A DNA stretch of 63,985 bases, counting the filler, from Stramenopiles sp. TOSAG23-2 (Eukaryota): the NCBI GenBank assembly GCA_900128395.1. It is 9 parts of 9 records of this genome, joined end to end, with 100 filler letters (N's around TTAATTAATTAA, not from the genome) between each part and the next. Parts side by side here need not be neighbours in the genome. Positions count along the whole stretch, not along the records: positions 7,232 to 14,356 come from LT650355.1; positions 14,457 to 21,574 come from LT650356.1; positions 21,675 to 28,773 come from LT650357.1; 6 more parts are not named here. The stretch is one strand, 5' to 3'. The notes under the pieces are model-generated. The model searched no databases and was not told the DNA's origin. It saw only the letters and a program-made list of their open reading frames with translations. The position numbers and the translations under genes are program-made. Numbering within the stretch: the stretch's first letter is position 1; every line of letters begins with the position of its first letter. Below are positions 10,756-21,729 of this stretch, one piece after another.

Positions 10756-11695
10756 GATTGTGATTATTATTACTATTCAATTTGTTTTTAATATATATAT
10801 ATATATATAATTTTTTTTTTTGACTAAAATAATATATCCTACTTTTGGCGTATAAGTTGCTGAAAACAGAGAAGAAAAAAAATTAAAATGGTATAAATGT
10901 TTTTTTTTTTTTAATATATATATATATGTATGTATTCCACAATCAAAGTTTTTATTATTACGAGAAGGGAATGGGAAGAATAATTGAAAGTTGTTTTTAT
11001 CTGTTATTTGTAATTTTCGATTGCAATTGTTGTTGTTTTCTGTTTTCCTTTCTCTTGTGCATTTGCTTCCATCTACTTTGATCGTTTGTATGAATGTAAA
11101 TATATGTTTTTTTGATGTTTCTTCGGGCGTTTGTAAAATCTTTGAAAAGTCCAAATAGCACTAACACAGCATGGGGAACATCTTGAAAAATCAAAGCCCG
11201 CAACAAGAAAAAGACAAAAAAAAATCTTTTCTTGATGATTCTATTTCTATTTTACCTGCTATATCCATCGTAATTCACAAGGTCAATTTTTAGATGATTG
11301 ATTGTTTTCAAATGAAAAAAATAAAAGATCGACGAGAGAGAGAAGTTGAAAATGAAGAGTGGGCGGATGTGTTGATGACGTTTTACCATTTAATCTCTGC
11401 AATATGACGGAATATGCATGTGTGGATGCAGTCTAATTATAATGATAACCATACCTATATAGTGTACTTAGAATGGGAATAGCATTAGTGATTAGACGCA
11501 TATTAGTATGATACTTACTACATATAATTTGATAATTTGTACTGAAATAATAGATAGGAAAATTACCCTTTCTTAACATACTAGTATTTATACTCATTGA
11601 AAACATATAATACTATGCCTTACCCAAATAGAAGGCACACAGCTAGCAGCGGTCCACTTTGGAAAGATTCTAAAAAGATTAATTGTTCTTGTTTT

Positions 11696-12491
11696 TCAAA
11701 TAGGTGTAACTTTACGTTTACTATGGCTTTGGCTGTTTCCGTCATTATCGAAAGCATCGCTCTCATTTGTATCGTCGCCAATACCATTTTCGGTATCCTT
11801 TTTCTTTGAAGTTGATACCCATGCAACCCTCTCATAATTTATTATTGCCTCGCCATTTTCAATTAATCTCGAAATATTTTCCATGTTGGCTTTCTCAACT
11901 TCACCCAGTGCCATCCACCAGTATAGCAGTAAAACCGGTACAACTTAATATTGTAAACGGAGGTTTTGACCCCCATTTTGCACGCTGTACTGCGTACATT
12001 CTAGTCAAGGAAGATGAAAGTATACAATTACATGGAGTTGCAGAACATAAAATTATAGCCTGGGTTTTCACTGCTAAAGGGATAATAACAGAGGACATAA
12101 AACGATCTATTTTTGCCTCTGCATCATCTTCGTCATCTTCTGATATAAATGGGGCCTTGCCTTTGACAGCACCAGCATATTTTGTTGGCACAAATTCTGC
12201 TTGAGAGTTGGTCCAGTCCCTAAATCCATATGAACATAATAAATTAATTACAAGTTTAGGTTGAGGAATTTCTAACGCATTTAACATTCGCTGCAAACTT
12301 GCGGTGTTACTTGCTAACAAATCAGCTTGCGAATTCGTTAAGAATAATAATTTTGGTGTCACGTCACTTCCACTTGGAATTTCTTCAACCATATTATACA
12401 TTGTCCTGGCTTTGATCATGCGCAGTTGTTCCAATTGATGCATGCCATCTTTTCCCGATGTATCGCTAATAGACCATCGCTTATCCGCCAT
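11696..12491 (-). pseudogene. SLOG (TRPM/LSDAT-like)-SLATT fusion homolog with internal deletion and frameshift
   Basis: The N-part (12491-~11930) has LEIPQPKLVINLL and F...VIIPLAVKTQAIILC, which are SLOG-like. An out-of-frame C-part (~11930-11696), YWWMALGEVEKANMENISRLIENGEAIINYERVAW, resembles the SLATT C-terminal helix pattern. Confidence 0.55.
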
Positions 12492-13089
12492 AATTGTCGT
12501 CTGTAATTAACAAATGCAAATGTAGTATATATTGTTTGTATTTACACACCACAATAATGCACATTTCCCAAATATAATTACACATGTGTGTATATGTGTT
12601 TTGTTAAATGATTAAACAAATTTCGAAATAATAAATAATTAAAATTCTATTTTTAGAAACACAAAATTTAATTAAGGTGCTAGCCAGGCGCTAGGCGCTA
12701 GCCATACCATTGATAGTAGCTCTAGCTCTAGTTTAGTATCGGATATTTATAGTATTGTGTGATTAGAAATATTAGTCTAGTGGGAATAGTATAAATACAC
12801 TATACATATAGCGTTATATAAAAAAAATTAGCTTGTGTTTTAGTGCTATTGCATGCTAACCGATCTGCGTAAAAGTTTTACAAATCTGTTTTCCGGAACC
12901 CTTAAAAAAGTAGTCTTCAAAAAAGTACATGAACATAGCACCTGTTTATTTAGCATAAGAATAGTATAGAGAGGAAGGTGAAAAATGTTATATTACGACA
13001 ATGTAGAGTATTTGATACAAACCATTTGATATAGTATTGATGGATAGGTGTACCATATAGTATTACATAATATAAAGTTTTAGTATAAC

Positions 13090-13224
13090 ACTATTCACTA
13101 TGGGAAAATATGTATATATCGTTTTCTAAAATGCCAATTTTATTTTTCATATAAGTGCGTGTAAAAAATAGCAAATATCCGAAAAAATAGAAAAAATGAT
13201 GAATATTTTCCCCATAGTCATAGT
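13090..13224. mobile_element. MITE-like element, copy 2
   Basis: Colinear with 683-839 (ACTATTCACTATGGG...ATGCCAATTTTATTTTTCATAT...TAGCAAATATCCG...CCCCATAGTCATAGT), with small internal deletions. Confidence 0.8.
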
Positions 13225-13369
13225 CACATTGGAATTTTAAATACAGGCAATTTAGCATCACTAGATCTATAGCACTGACACAGACCTATAACTCGAGGTG
13301 CGAACTCGGGCGAATTTTACAGTGTCAATTTAGCACGACATTACACACTAACACTGACACAGGCTTTAC

Positions 13370-13448
13370 CTGGGCCAGTTTTGCGGAGAAATTAAAATTT
13401 GGATCATATTTTTTGATTTTCAGGATCAAACTAAAACTGGCAACCCTG
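13370..13448. mobile_element. Degenerate short TIR element with an hAT-like end
   Basis: The right end AAAACTGGCAACCCTG (reverse complement CAGGGTTGCCAGTTTT) pairs with left GCCAGTTTT; the left terminus is decayed and no TSD is seen. Confidence 0.35.
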
Positions 13449-13720
13449 GGCTGATGGCAAAGGCACAACAAAGTGGTGTTAAAAAATGTTTGCATTTTTT
13501 ATGATATTTGCTGCACAAAAAATAACATTTATTATATTGTTAATGTGATTGAAAATCATCAGAGAAGAGAAAATTGAATGACTATTTTAATGAATGTGCG
13601 AATGATGAAATACTAGAAATAGTATATATATATATAGAAAGAAAAAGGAATTGTATATATATATTGATATTGATATTGGAATTTGTGTGTGTGTATTGAT
13701 ATATTTGATTAGCTATAATC

Positions 13721-14356
13721 ATGGCATCATCTTCATCGTCCTTGTCGTCTACTACTACTACCACTACAACAACTACGACGACTATGGTAAATAATAGTCA
13801 AAATAATGGTGGGAATGCAATATCAACGCCTGCACATTTCATATGTCCAATTTCTGGTGAGATATTTAAAGATCCAGTTATGGCTTCTGATGGGCAAACG
13901 TACGAGAGAAAGGACATAACAAAATGGATAAAGCAAAAAGGATCAAATGCTACATCACCATTAACTGGTTTAAAGCTGAAAACAAAAGTATTGACTCCAA
14001 ATCATAGTATGAAAAGTCTTGTCGCAGAGTGGCAACAAAAAAATAAGAATGGTACACATTTGGAAGAAACACTGAAAGATTTGGTTGGTAGATTAATAAC
14101 TGCTTCATCAAGTGAAGAATTAATCAGAGTTATCAATAATATTTCTAATGTTATCCAATCAAGTGACAAAGTATTAGTAACTATGAAAAAACTTGACAAA
14201 TGGACCAGTATTGTCGATGATGAACTTTTAACTGCTGAAGTTATATCTTCTTTTGATGTTTTAAAATCACAAGTATTAATAATAATGAAAAAGAAAGAAA
14301 ATGAATTGAAACAGCTTTCTGATATAAATAAATGTCAATCGCTTATGATGGAGAAA
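13721..14356 (+). CDS. U-box E3 ubiquitin ligase, 3'-truncated at contig end
   Basis: PAHFICPISGEIFKDPV..SDGQTYER..I..W....TSPLTG..L....LTPN..MKSL..EW. Confidence 0.9.
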
Positions 14357-14456
14357 NNNNNNNNNNNNNNNNNNNNNNNNNNNNNNNNNNNNNNNNNNNN
14401 TTAATTAATTAANNNNNNNNNNNNNNNNNNNNNNNNNNNNNNNNNNNNNNNNNNNN
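14357..14456. other. Artificial contig spacer
   Basis: N44-TTAATTAATTAA-N44. Confidence 0.98.
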
Positions 14457-14535
14457 GTACTAGGTTTTCAACATTGTTGGTATCTTCGATTTTTTGTTTT
14501 TTGGTTTCTTTACTTTCTTCACTAAATGAACTCAT
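14457..14535 (-). CDS. Possible 5' end of a gene truncated by contig start (MSSFSEESKETKKQKIED...)
   Basis: ATG at 14535 after an A-rich leader, open to the spacer. Confidence 0.35.
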
Positions 14536-15164
14536 CTTCTTTTTCTTTTGTTTCTTTTTTTCTTTCTTTTTAATTTCTTGTTTTAATTAAATATTGTATT
14601 GTTATATCTATTGTCTTTTCTATCTCTTTCTATAAGTATGTATGTGTGTGTGTGTATTCCATTTTATTAGTTGCGCTTATTCAATGTGGTAAAACTAGCA
14701 GGTCAATAGGATTATTTCCCGTAGCGGAAAATAAATATGAAAAATAAGAAAGATTTCATCTATGAAAAGTTTTACGATGAATGCTCTTAGAACAAACAAT
14801 TGGTGTAGCAAAATGTTCAAAATATTATAGCTCACAAATAGTAGCTTAATAAGTACAAAAAAAATCAAAAGGAAGATGGACAAAAGCTAATGCTATGACG
14901 ATGCTAATTTTAATTTTGGAGGGACTCTAATGTTATTCCCATATTAATATAAAAGCGAAGTTGTTTTATTTTCAATTTAAAGTCATTTGATTGGCAAAAG
15001 AAGGGTAAAAAGAGTACAAATACAACTACTAAAAAAAATAATAATACAAATCTAAATCTACTTATTCGAAAAAAATACTATATATATATATCTATTTCGA
15101 AATAATGAAATGACAGAGAGCACAAGTCATTATTCGGAACAAAGCTTTCATACTGAAATTGAAA

Positions 15165-17366
15165 ATGAAATTATTTATATTAGTAATAATAATAACAACA
15201 TGTATATCACGAATAACAGCGAATACAATACCAAATAACAAACCACTTGTTGGTCCATATGAAGTGAAACATACGACGGTCAAAGTACCTGGCTTATATT
15301 TTGATTGGGATACAGTGGATGTTTATTATCCAGTTGTAAATAATAATGATTTATCATCAAATGTATCAATACGATTCATATCATTTTCACATGGTGCTGG
15401 TGGTGGATTACTACTTTTACCAATTGTATATAAATCACTTTTAACTGAAATTGCATCTTGGGGATTTGTAATTGCTGCTCATGAATCATCATTCATGGGT
15501 GATACAAAAATTGAATATACTCAACAATTGAGTGTAATTAAATATGCACGTGAATCAGCTGCATCTGGACATCCAATTTTTTCATTAGCTAATTTTTCAT
15601 ATGGAGTTGGAGTTGCAGGGCATAGTATGGGTGGACAAGCAACACTTTTCTGTTCAGAAGCTGAAAATACAAAAAAGTATGGCATTAATGCAGCAGTAAT
15701 GTTGCATGCTTGGACTAAAAATGAAAATTCCCCAACTCCAGCTATACCTTTTTTAGCATTTACTGGAACTACAGATGATGTGGCAGCAATGTCTATGACA
15801 GAAACTTTTTATAATGCTGCTTCACCAACCTTACCACGTGGTTTAGTGGAAAAGGTAGGTGCACCGCATCAAGAACCAACAGATTATGAAGATAAAAAAG
15901 AACCGTATAATCCATATTTACAACAATTTGTTGCTGCTTGGTTCAAAATTTATTTACATGTATCAACAAGAACTGAAGTAAATTGGAATGAATTAATATT
16001 TGGAAATGAATCAAATTCATTATGCAATGGTGGAGATTACTACAATGGATCTACTACTATGAAAAGATGCGAAGTTCATCATGGTGGAAATGTTTCCAAT
16101 ATGAATTATGGTGGGAAAGAAGAAGAAAGTGAATCAAATTTAACCACTAGCGGAACATGCAATGTGCAAGATTTTGGTGCTATTGGAAATAATAAAACTG
16201 ATGATACATATGCAATTCAAACTACTATCGATTTATGCCACAAAAAATATCCAAACTTGGCAACTGTATTTTTCCCTGGTGATGTTCATGGTAAAGTTTA
16301 TCGTATCTTTTCTTCAATCGCGTTGGTAAGCAATACTACTTTATCAATTGGCGCTAATGCAACAATTTATTCAGCGCAAAGCCCATTGAAAAGAGGAAAA
16401 CCACTTACATCAAGATGCGGTGTATCATATTGGAATACAACTGCTATTTTTTGTGGTGAAAATATTTCTAATTCAGCCATTATTGGCGAGAATGTTTTTA
16501 CTAGCATTATAGATGGCGGAGGATGGGAAGGTTGGTGGACTGACAAAAATTATGGACAAGGCCCCCGTCTATACGAGCCAATGTGGAGCGAGAATTTAAT
16601 ATTGAAAGACGTGTCATTTATTCATTCCCCAAGTTGGACATTACATCCACAATATTGTAATAATATATTAGTTGAACATGTACAAATATTAAATCCACGA
16701 TTTACTGCCAATACGGATGGATTTGATCCAGATTCATCGACTAATGTTGTATTACGTGATTCATTTATTGATACAGGGGATGATGGTATTTCCATTAAAT
16801 CATCTAATTCTTCAAGGAATAAACATATTCAAATGCCAAGTCGTAATATTCATATTTTTAACACTACGATTCTCAGTCGCAATGTTTGTATTGGTTCAGC
16901 AACGTTTGGTGGAATATATGATATTCTTATAGAAGATTGTATTATTGGTGATGATAAAGGGTCATCTCCATGGGCTATTAAATATAAATCTCATCGATAT
17001 TTTCCAGGCGCTATGATAAATCATACTTTCCGCCGTTTGAAATTTGGAAAAATAGCACCTAATAATTATCAACAACCTGACGGTGGTCAAGCATTTATCA
17101 TTACATTAGATTACGGAGAAAAAAAAAGAAATCCACCACCAGCATGTCCAACCATGTGCCCTTTATTTCAAAACGTTACATTTGAAGATATTACAATCCA
17201 AGGTGCATTACAAGCAGGTATCATACATGGAGAACCAAATGATTTATTAAAAGGCTTACGTTTTCATAATATTACATTTGTAGAAAAACCGACACGTGGA
17301 TGGCATTGTCAGTATGTGGCTGATGATTTTATAGCAACCAATGTTTCCCCAATGTTGAAATGTTAG
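15165..17366 (+). CDS. Secreted fusion: cutinase/chlorophyllase-like alpha/beta hydrolase + GH28 polygalacturonase-like beta-helix
   Basis: Signal peptide MKLFILVIIITTCIS; GHSMGG nucleophile (15618-15635), TDDVA Asp and APHQEP His; then NVQDFGA.G....DDT.AIQ, NTDGFD (16710), GDDGISIKS, IGS. Confidence 0.88.
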   Translation: MKLFILVIIITTCISRITANTIPNNKPLVGPYEVKHTTVKVPGLYFDWDTVDVYYPVVNNNDLSSNVSIRFISFSHGAGGGLLLLPIVYKSLLTEIASWGFVIAAHESSFMGDTKIEYTQQLSVIKYARESAASGHPIFSLANFSYGVGVAGHSMGGQATLFCSEAENTKKYGINAAVMLHAWTKNENSPTPAIPFLAFTGTTDDVAAMSMTETFYNAASPTLPRGLVEKVGAPHQEPTDYEDKKEPYNPYLQQFVAAWFKIYLHVSTRTEVNWNELIFGNESNSLCNGGDYYNGSTTMKRCEVHHGGNVSNMNYGGKEEESESNLTTSGTCNVQDFGAIGNNKTDDTYAIQTTIDLCHKKYPNLATVFFPGDVHGKVYRIFSSIALVSNTTLSIGANATIYSAQSPLKRGKPLTSRCGVSYWNTTAIFCGENISNSAIIGENVFTSIIDGGGWEGWWTDKNYGQGPRLYEPMWSENLILKDVSFIHSPSWTLHPQYCNNILVEHVQILNPRFTANTDGFDPDSSTNVVLRDSFIDTGDDGISIKSSNSSRNKHIQMPSRNIHIFNTTILSRNVCIGSATFGGIYDILIEDCIIGDDKGSSPWAIKYKSHRYFPGAMINHTFRRLKFGKIAPNNYQQPDGGQAFIITLDYGEKKRNPPPACPTMCPLFQNVTFEDITIQGALQAGIIHGEPNDLLKGLRFHNITFVEKPTRGWHCQYVADDFIATNVSPMLKC

Positions 17367-17603
17367 AGGAGAGAGAAGAAGAGAGTAGAGAGTTTTTATA
17401 TATAATAAAAATTAATATCATATGCATACGTACGAAGCGTAATTAATTATAAAAATTATAAAGTGTATTCGAAATCTCATTAATTTTTATACGAACGTCG
17501 AACGTGAGAATTTTTGCAGCCGGGATGAACCGCCTGTCAAGATATCTTGTGTGTATCTTTTCCAACGCTTGTATATATATATATATATCAAAATTATTTT
17601 TTT

Positions 17604-19598
17604 TTATAATTTAGAAGCTTCGTTACTTAATGTTTTTTGAATAGCACTAAATCCTTGGCCTTCACTTTGCAATTTCAATGCCATTTCTTTCATTCCTTTC
17701 GCATCCATTATTCCATCCGTTGGACCAGGTGGTACACTTCCTCTTAAACCATTTGCAACAATTCCAGTCCTATTTGGATTTTTCACAACTCTACCTGGTA
17801 ATGCACCAGTAGCAACACCATCTACAAATGATATAACCCCATTGCAAATAGTGAAACGATAGCCTTGAACTTCTTGTGTCCATCGTCCAGCACCAAGCGG
17901 CAAATCATATTTATATCTTGGTGGTAGACAATTTAAAGAGTTCATATCAATTACATTTACATCAGCACGCATGCCAGGTCTTAATTCACCACGATCATTT
18001 AATCCCATCATCCTGGCACTATCAGACGTTTGCTTTTTCACAACAAGTTCAATTGGTAATTTTTTACCCCTAGAACGATCTCTAGTATAGAACGTTAACA
18101 TGGTTGTTTGAGTTGTTGCTTCACATTGCAAATTCATATGTGCACCGCCATCGGCAAATGACCCAACAACATTAGGATGTAAAAACATTTCAATGATTGC
18201 ATCTAAATTGTGCTCACCGTAATTAAACATGATACGGACTAAAATCCCACCATGGGATTCCTCAGGATGTGTTAAAATATCATACATATACTCAAGTTCC
18301 TCTTTACCTGTTTTTTCTTTACAGAATTTCAACGAATTTTCACGCAGTGGTTCAATATCGTTGCTATATGGATAAATAAATTCTGCATATCGAACCATTA
18401 TATTGACAGGACCTGTTGTTCTTCTTGCATCGCATTCAGCAATAATTGCTTTTTTTACATCTGTTTCACGTAATTTTTCGAATAATTCTGGAGTTGCAGA
18501 ACCATTACTTCCCCCATACATTTCCACCATCTTTTTATATGTTTTCGATACGACTAATGGATTCAAATATGCCCCAATTCCAAAAAATAGTTGGCCATTA
18601 CGCATCATAGGTGTAACCATGATATTACCACCTTCACGATTAATTTTATCAGCTTTGATTAATTTATCACGATGTGAATATGCAAGTTCTTTCCTCCGAG
18701 AACTAGCTGTGCCTGGGGTATGACCAGTTGTAAATAAAACACCATCCATTTTTGATACAGTACCCATCCAATCCCATTCGCTTTCAACATATTGTGATAT
18801 TTTTTGTCTATCTGGCTTACCAACTAGGGCAAAATCATCATACAAATCCCATGAACTAGCTAATTCAAAGACACCACCTCCACCACGTGTAATAGCTTCC
18901 CCTATAGCAATTAACTCTTCATGCGATGCTAAACTGCCTGGTAATAAAACACCTGCTGGATCACGATGGATAGAAACACGTGATGTGGAAAATCCAATGG
19001 CACCTGATGCAATTGCTTCTTCAACAACTTTTCCCACATTAGCAATTTCGTCCGGTGTTAATGGCGCTTCAACTTGTCCATTAGGTCTATCAGACATATT
19101 TACTTTTGAACCTAATACCCAACTACGTACACCACCATGACCAACTAATACACCAACATCGCATGCAAATTGTTTATTTTCCATGTATGCCATGTATTCA
19201 GGAAATGTTTCCCATTCCCAATTTACAGCTTCCGTAATACAACGTGATGGGATATCTTCAATACTATCGCAAATATCTGTAACAAATTGTCTCATAGGTT
19301 TTTGACATGGTGCCAAACCAACGGCACAGTTTCCCATGACTAACGTGGTTACACCTGCTGGCGCAGATGGTGTTAAATATTCATCCCACATGACTTGTGC
19401 ATCATAATGTGTATGTGGATCAACCCATCCTGGTGTTACTGTCAACCCAGTTGCATCAATCACTTTCCCCGCTGCTGAAATATTTAACTTCATACCAACT
19501 TGTTCAATAACTCCGTTTGTAATAGCAATATCACCTATATATGGTTTTGAACCAGTACCATCTATAATTGTACCATTCTTTATTAATATATCACACAT
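17604..19598 (-). CDS. N-acyl-D-amino-acid deacylase-like amidohydrolase with C-terminal PTS1 (SKL)
   Basis: DILIKNGTIIDGTG, PGWVDPHTHYDAQ, GVTT..MGNC, GA.GFSTSR, DGGAH, DRG.L.PG..AD.NV.D; ends in -SKL; intronless. Confidence 0.9.
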   Translation of the reverse strand: MCDILIKNGTIIDGTGSKPYIGDIAITNGVIEQVGMKLNISAAGKVIDATGLTVTPGWVDPHTHYDAQVMWDEYLTPSAPAGVTTLVMGNCAVGLAPCQKPMRQFVTDICDSIEDIPSRCITEAVNWEWETFPEYMAYMENKQFACDVGVLVGHGGVRSWVLGSKVNMSDRPNGQVEAPLTPDEIANVGKVVEEAIASGAIGFSTSRVSIHRDPAGVLLPGSLASHEELIAIGEAITRGGGGVFELASSWDLYDDFALVGKPDRQKISQYVESEWDWMGTVSKMDGVLFTTGHTPGTASSRRKELAYSHRDKLIKADKINREGGNIMVTPMMRNGQLFFGIGAYLNPLVVSKTYKKMVEMYGGSNGSATPELFEKLRETDVKKAIIAECDARRTTGPVNIMVRYAEFIYPYSNDIEPLRENSLKFCKEKTGKEELEYMYDILTHPEESHGGILVRIMFNYGEHNLDAIIEMFLHPNVVGSFADGGAHMNLQCEATTQTTMLTFYTRDRSRGKKLPIELVVKKQTSDSARMMGLNDRGELRPGMRADVNVIDMNSLNCLPPRYKYDLPLGAGRWTQEVQGYRFTICNGVISFVDGVATGALPGRVVKNPNRTGIVANGLRGSVPPGPTDGIMDAKGMKEMALKLQSEGQGFSAIQKTLSNEASKL

Positions 19599-20103
19599 GT
19601 TTTGAAACTTGTATGTATACTAGTTTTTTTTTGTAGTGTTATACTTTCAATGTATATATTGCACTGACTTTATACTGAAGGATGTGTAAGTATATATATA
19701 TTTGCATATGCGTAATGTTCGTTAATCAATAATAGAGGCACGAGTTGTTTTTTGTTTTGTTGGTTGAGTTGGACGGTGACTGTAGATATTATTTACATGC
19801 TATTACATATTCGATAATTTCCAATAGTATTCAGTGCTGATCTGAAACAATGTGATATCATATTATCAGAGATACATAGAGAGAATAATTATTATAAGAT
19901 AACTTAAATATTCTAATAACTAACATAAGTTTAAAAACAAATAAATAACAACTACTTCCGTGGTGGGATTGGTGGATGACGGTTTCGCACTGTTAGGGCG
20001 CTATTCATGCACCCACATGTCGCACCTTTATCCAACATGTGACATATATGTTGACAGAACCTAATAATCTCTTTATTAAATGTTCTCTCAATCATATTCG
20101 ACA

Positions 20104-20670
20104 TTATACATCCTTGGCAATTCTGATGTTGATGCACTCCTTGCGGAGTGAGGGAGCCCGCAAATACTTGTGTGCGTTCCACAGGCAACCGTAGAACTGA
20201 ATTGTTGCTGATGGTTTCAGTATACACTTTTTCCAACCCCACATCAAGCCTAGCTTGCACGTGAGTTGGAGTAGCAGCAGGACGTGTTGCAACGTGTCCC
20301 GCATCGTTTCTGCCATTATTGCTACGTCGTCCATTATGCGCACCAGACGGACCCCCCTTAGCCGCATTTCTTTGTCTACCAGACGTAGAAATTTTTCCGC
20401 GACGCGAGGGGCGTCTCGTAGGCCAAAGAACATTCGTGTGCATCTGAGCACTATGCTTGTTCCCGGCTGGAGCCCAAACGTTGTTGTGGCCCATTTGCTG
20501 CATCCTACCCATATCAATCCCAACCATTGCGACTCCGGATGCAACTTGAACAGGTGATAGTACCTTTTTAGGTCGAGACCCGCGAGATAATCGCCCACTT
20601 GCAACAAATGTTGCATGTGGCGCAACGGGTAGGCTTTGTACCCCATTGCGCGTCCATACTGATTCAGATC
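20104..20670 (-). mobile_element. Reverse transcriptase fragment, DIRS/Ngaro (tyrosine-recombinase retrotransposon)-like
   Basis: DLNQY...LLQVGDYLAGLDLKRYY...LHP, FGLRDAPRVAEK, RLRGVRLVRIMDD, KLG....KKCILKP..TIQFYG. The segment is GC-richer than its flanks, with an overlapping same-strand ORF (19952-20527). Confidence 0.8.
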
Positions 20671-20954
20671 TATATTATGTTTGGTTTTGGAATGCTTCTT
20701 GTGTGAAGATCTGTTTGTGAAGCTCTGTCTAAAGGATCTTCTGCCATGTTTAAAGGATCTTCTGAAATGTTTAAGAAAAAGATATACTTATAATGTGTTT
20801 ACTGTGACAATCGCTTTTATAGTAACTTTTGTTTTCCTTCTGGCGTATATTCCTGGCTTACGTTTACGGGTGTCCAGTTTGGATCATTCGTTGATAATAA
20901 CATTGATAATTATTGCCACATTCATGATTGGTCATTTTCTTATAAATTGTGCTG

Positions 20955-21147
20955 NNNNNNNNNNNNNNNNNNNNNNNNNNNNNNNNNNNNNNNNNNNNNN
21001 NNNNNNNNNNNNNNNNNNNNNNNNNNNNNNNNNNNNNNNNNNNNNNNNNNNNNNNNNNNNNNNNNNNNNNNNNNNNNNNNNNNNNNNNNNNNNNNNNNNN
21101 NNNNNNNNNNNNNNNNNNNNNNNNNNNNNNNNNNNNNNNNNNNNNNN
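20955..21147. other. Intra-scaffold gap (193 N)
   Basis: Pure N run with no linker; the left flank ends and the right flank starts with GTGCTG. Confidence 0.95.
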
Positions 21148-21574
21148 GTGCTGTCATCCCATGCCCATCAGGATCTTCTGTTGTGCTGGATAAGTCTGAT
21201 AACAATTCTGATGAATGGAGCTTTGATACAACAACATCAGATATTTTTGCAATAGGGACATATATCTTTATTGCATTTACCTTTGGGCGCTTTCTTGAAA
21301 CAACTAAAGAGGTCCTCAGCCTAGTTTCACTCACAATATCATATTTATGTTTGTGGGCATACATTGTTGCATTATTTTTATGGTTCTGTGCAAAGACATT
21401 CATTGTATTCATCGATCAGCCTGGCTTGCTTGTTTTGACTGCTTGTTTCTCATATAGGTGCTGTATAACACCACAGAATCGATCTTTTTTTAAAGATCGA
21501 TTTCGTTAATGCTATGTGCATGCTATTTTTTAAAATGGTGTTGGAGTAGATGAGGAAAAAGTTAATGATGTCAA

Positions 21575-21674
21575 NNNNNNNNNNNNNNNNNNNNNNNNNN
21601 NNNNNNNNNNNNNNNNNNTTAATTAATTAANNNNNNNNNNNNNNNNNNNNNNNNNNNNNNNNNNNNNNNNNNNN
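21575..21674. other. Artificial contig spacer
   Basis: N44-TTAATTAATTAA-N44. Confidence 0.98.
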
Positions 21675-21729
21675 GACAACATCTGGTGAATCTAGTAAAG
21701 AGGCAGAGGAGGAAGAAAGAAAAGCTGCA
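21675..21729 (+). repeat. Exact 55-bp inverted copy of 26722-26776 at the contig tip
   Basis: GACAACATCTGGTGAATCTAG...AAAGCTGCA is the exact reverse complement of 26722-26776. Confidence 0.95.

Noticed and set aside
10777-11206. Short ORFs in AT-rich intergenic DNA (also 614-838, 3754-4316, 54877-55191, 60214-60462, 63174-63521)
   Set aside because: I/Y/F/K-rich translations of low-complexity or MITE sequence, often with non-ATG starts.
19952-20670. Retron, DGR or group II intron RT system
   Set aside because: The motifs fit DIRS/Ngaro RTs; no msr-msd, template/variable repeat pair or intron domain V is visible.
20681-21509. Membrane-protein gene spanning the 193-N gap (merging the GTGCTG overlap gives one open + frame)
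   Set aside because: There is no in-frame ATG near the 5' end and no recognisable family, and a 6-bp overlap is weak. It may be the antisense of decayed element sequence.
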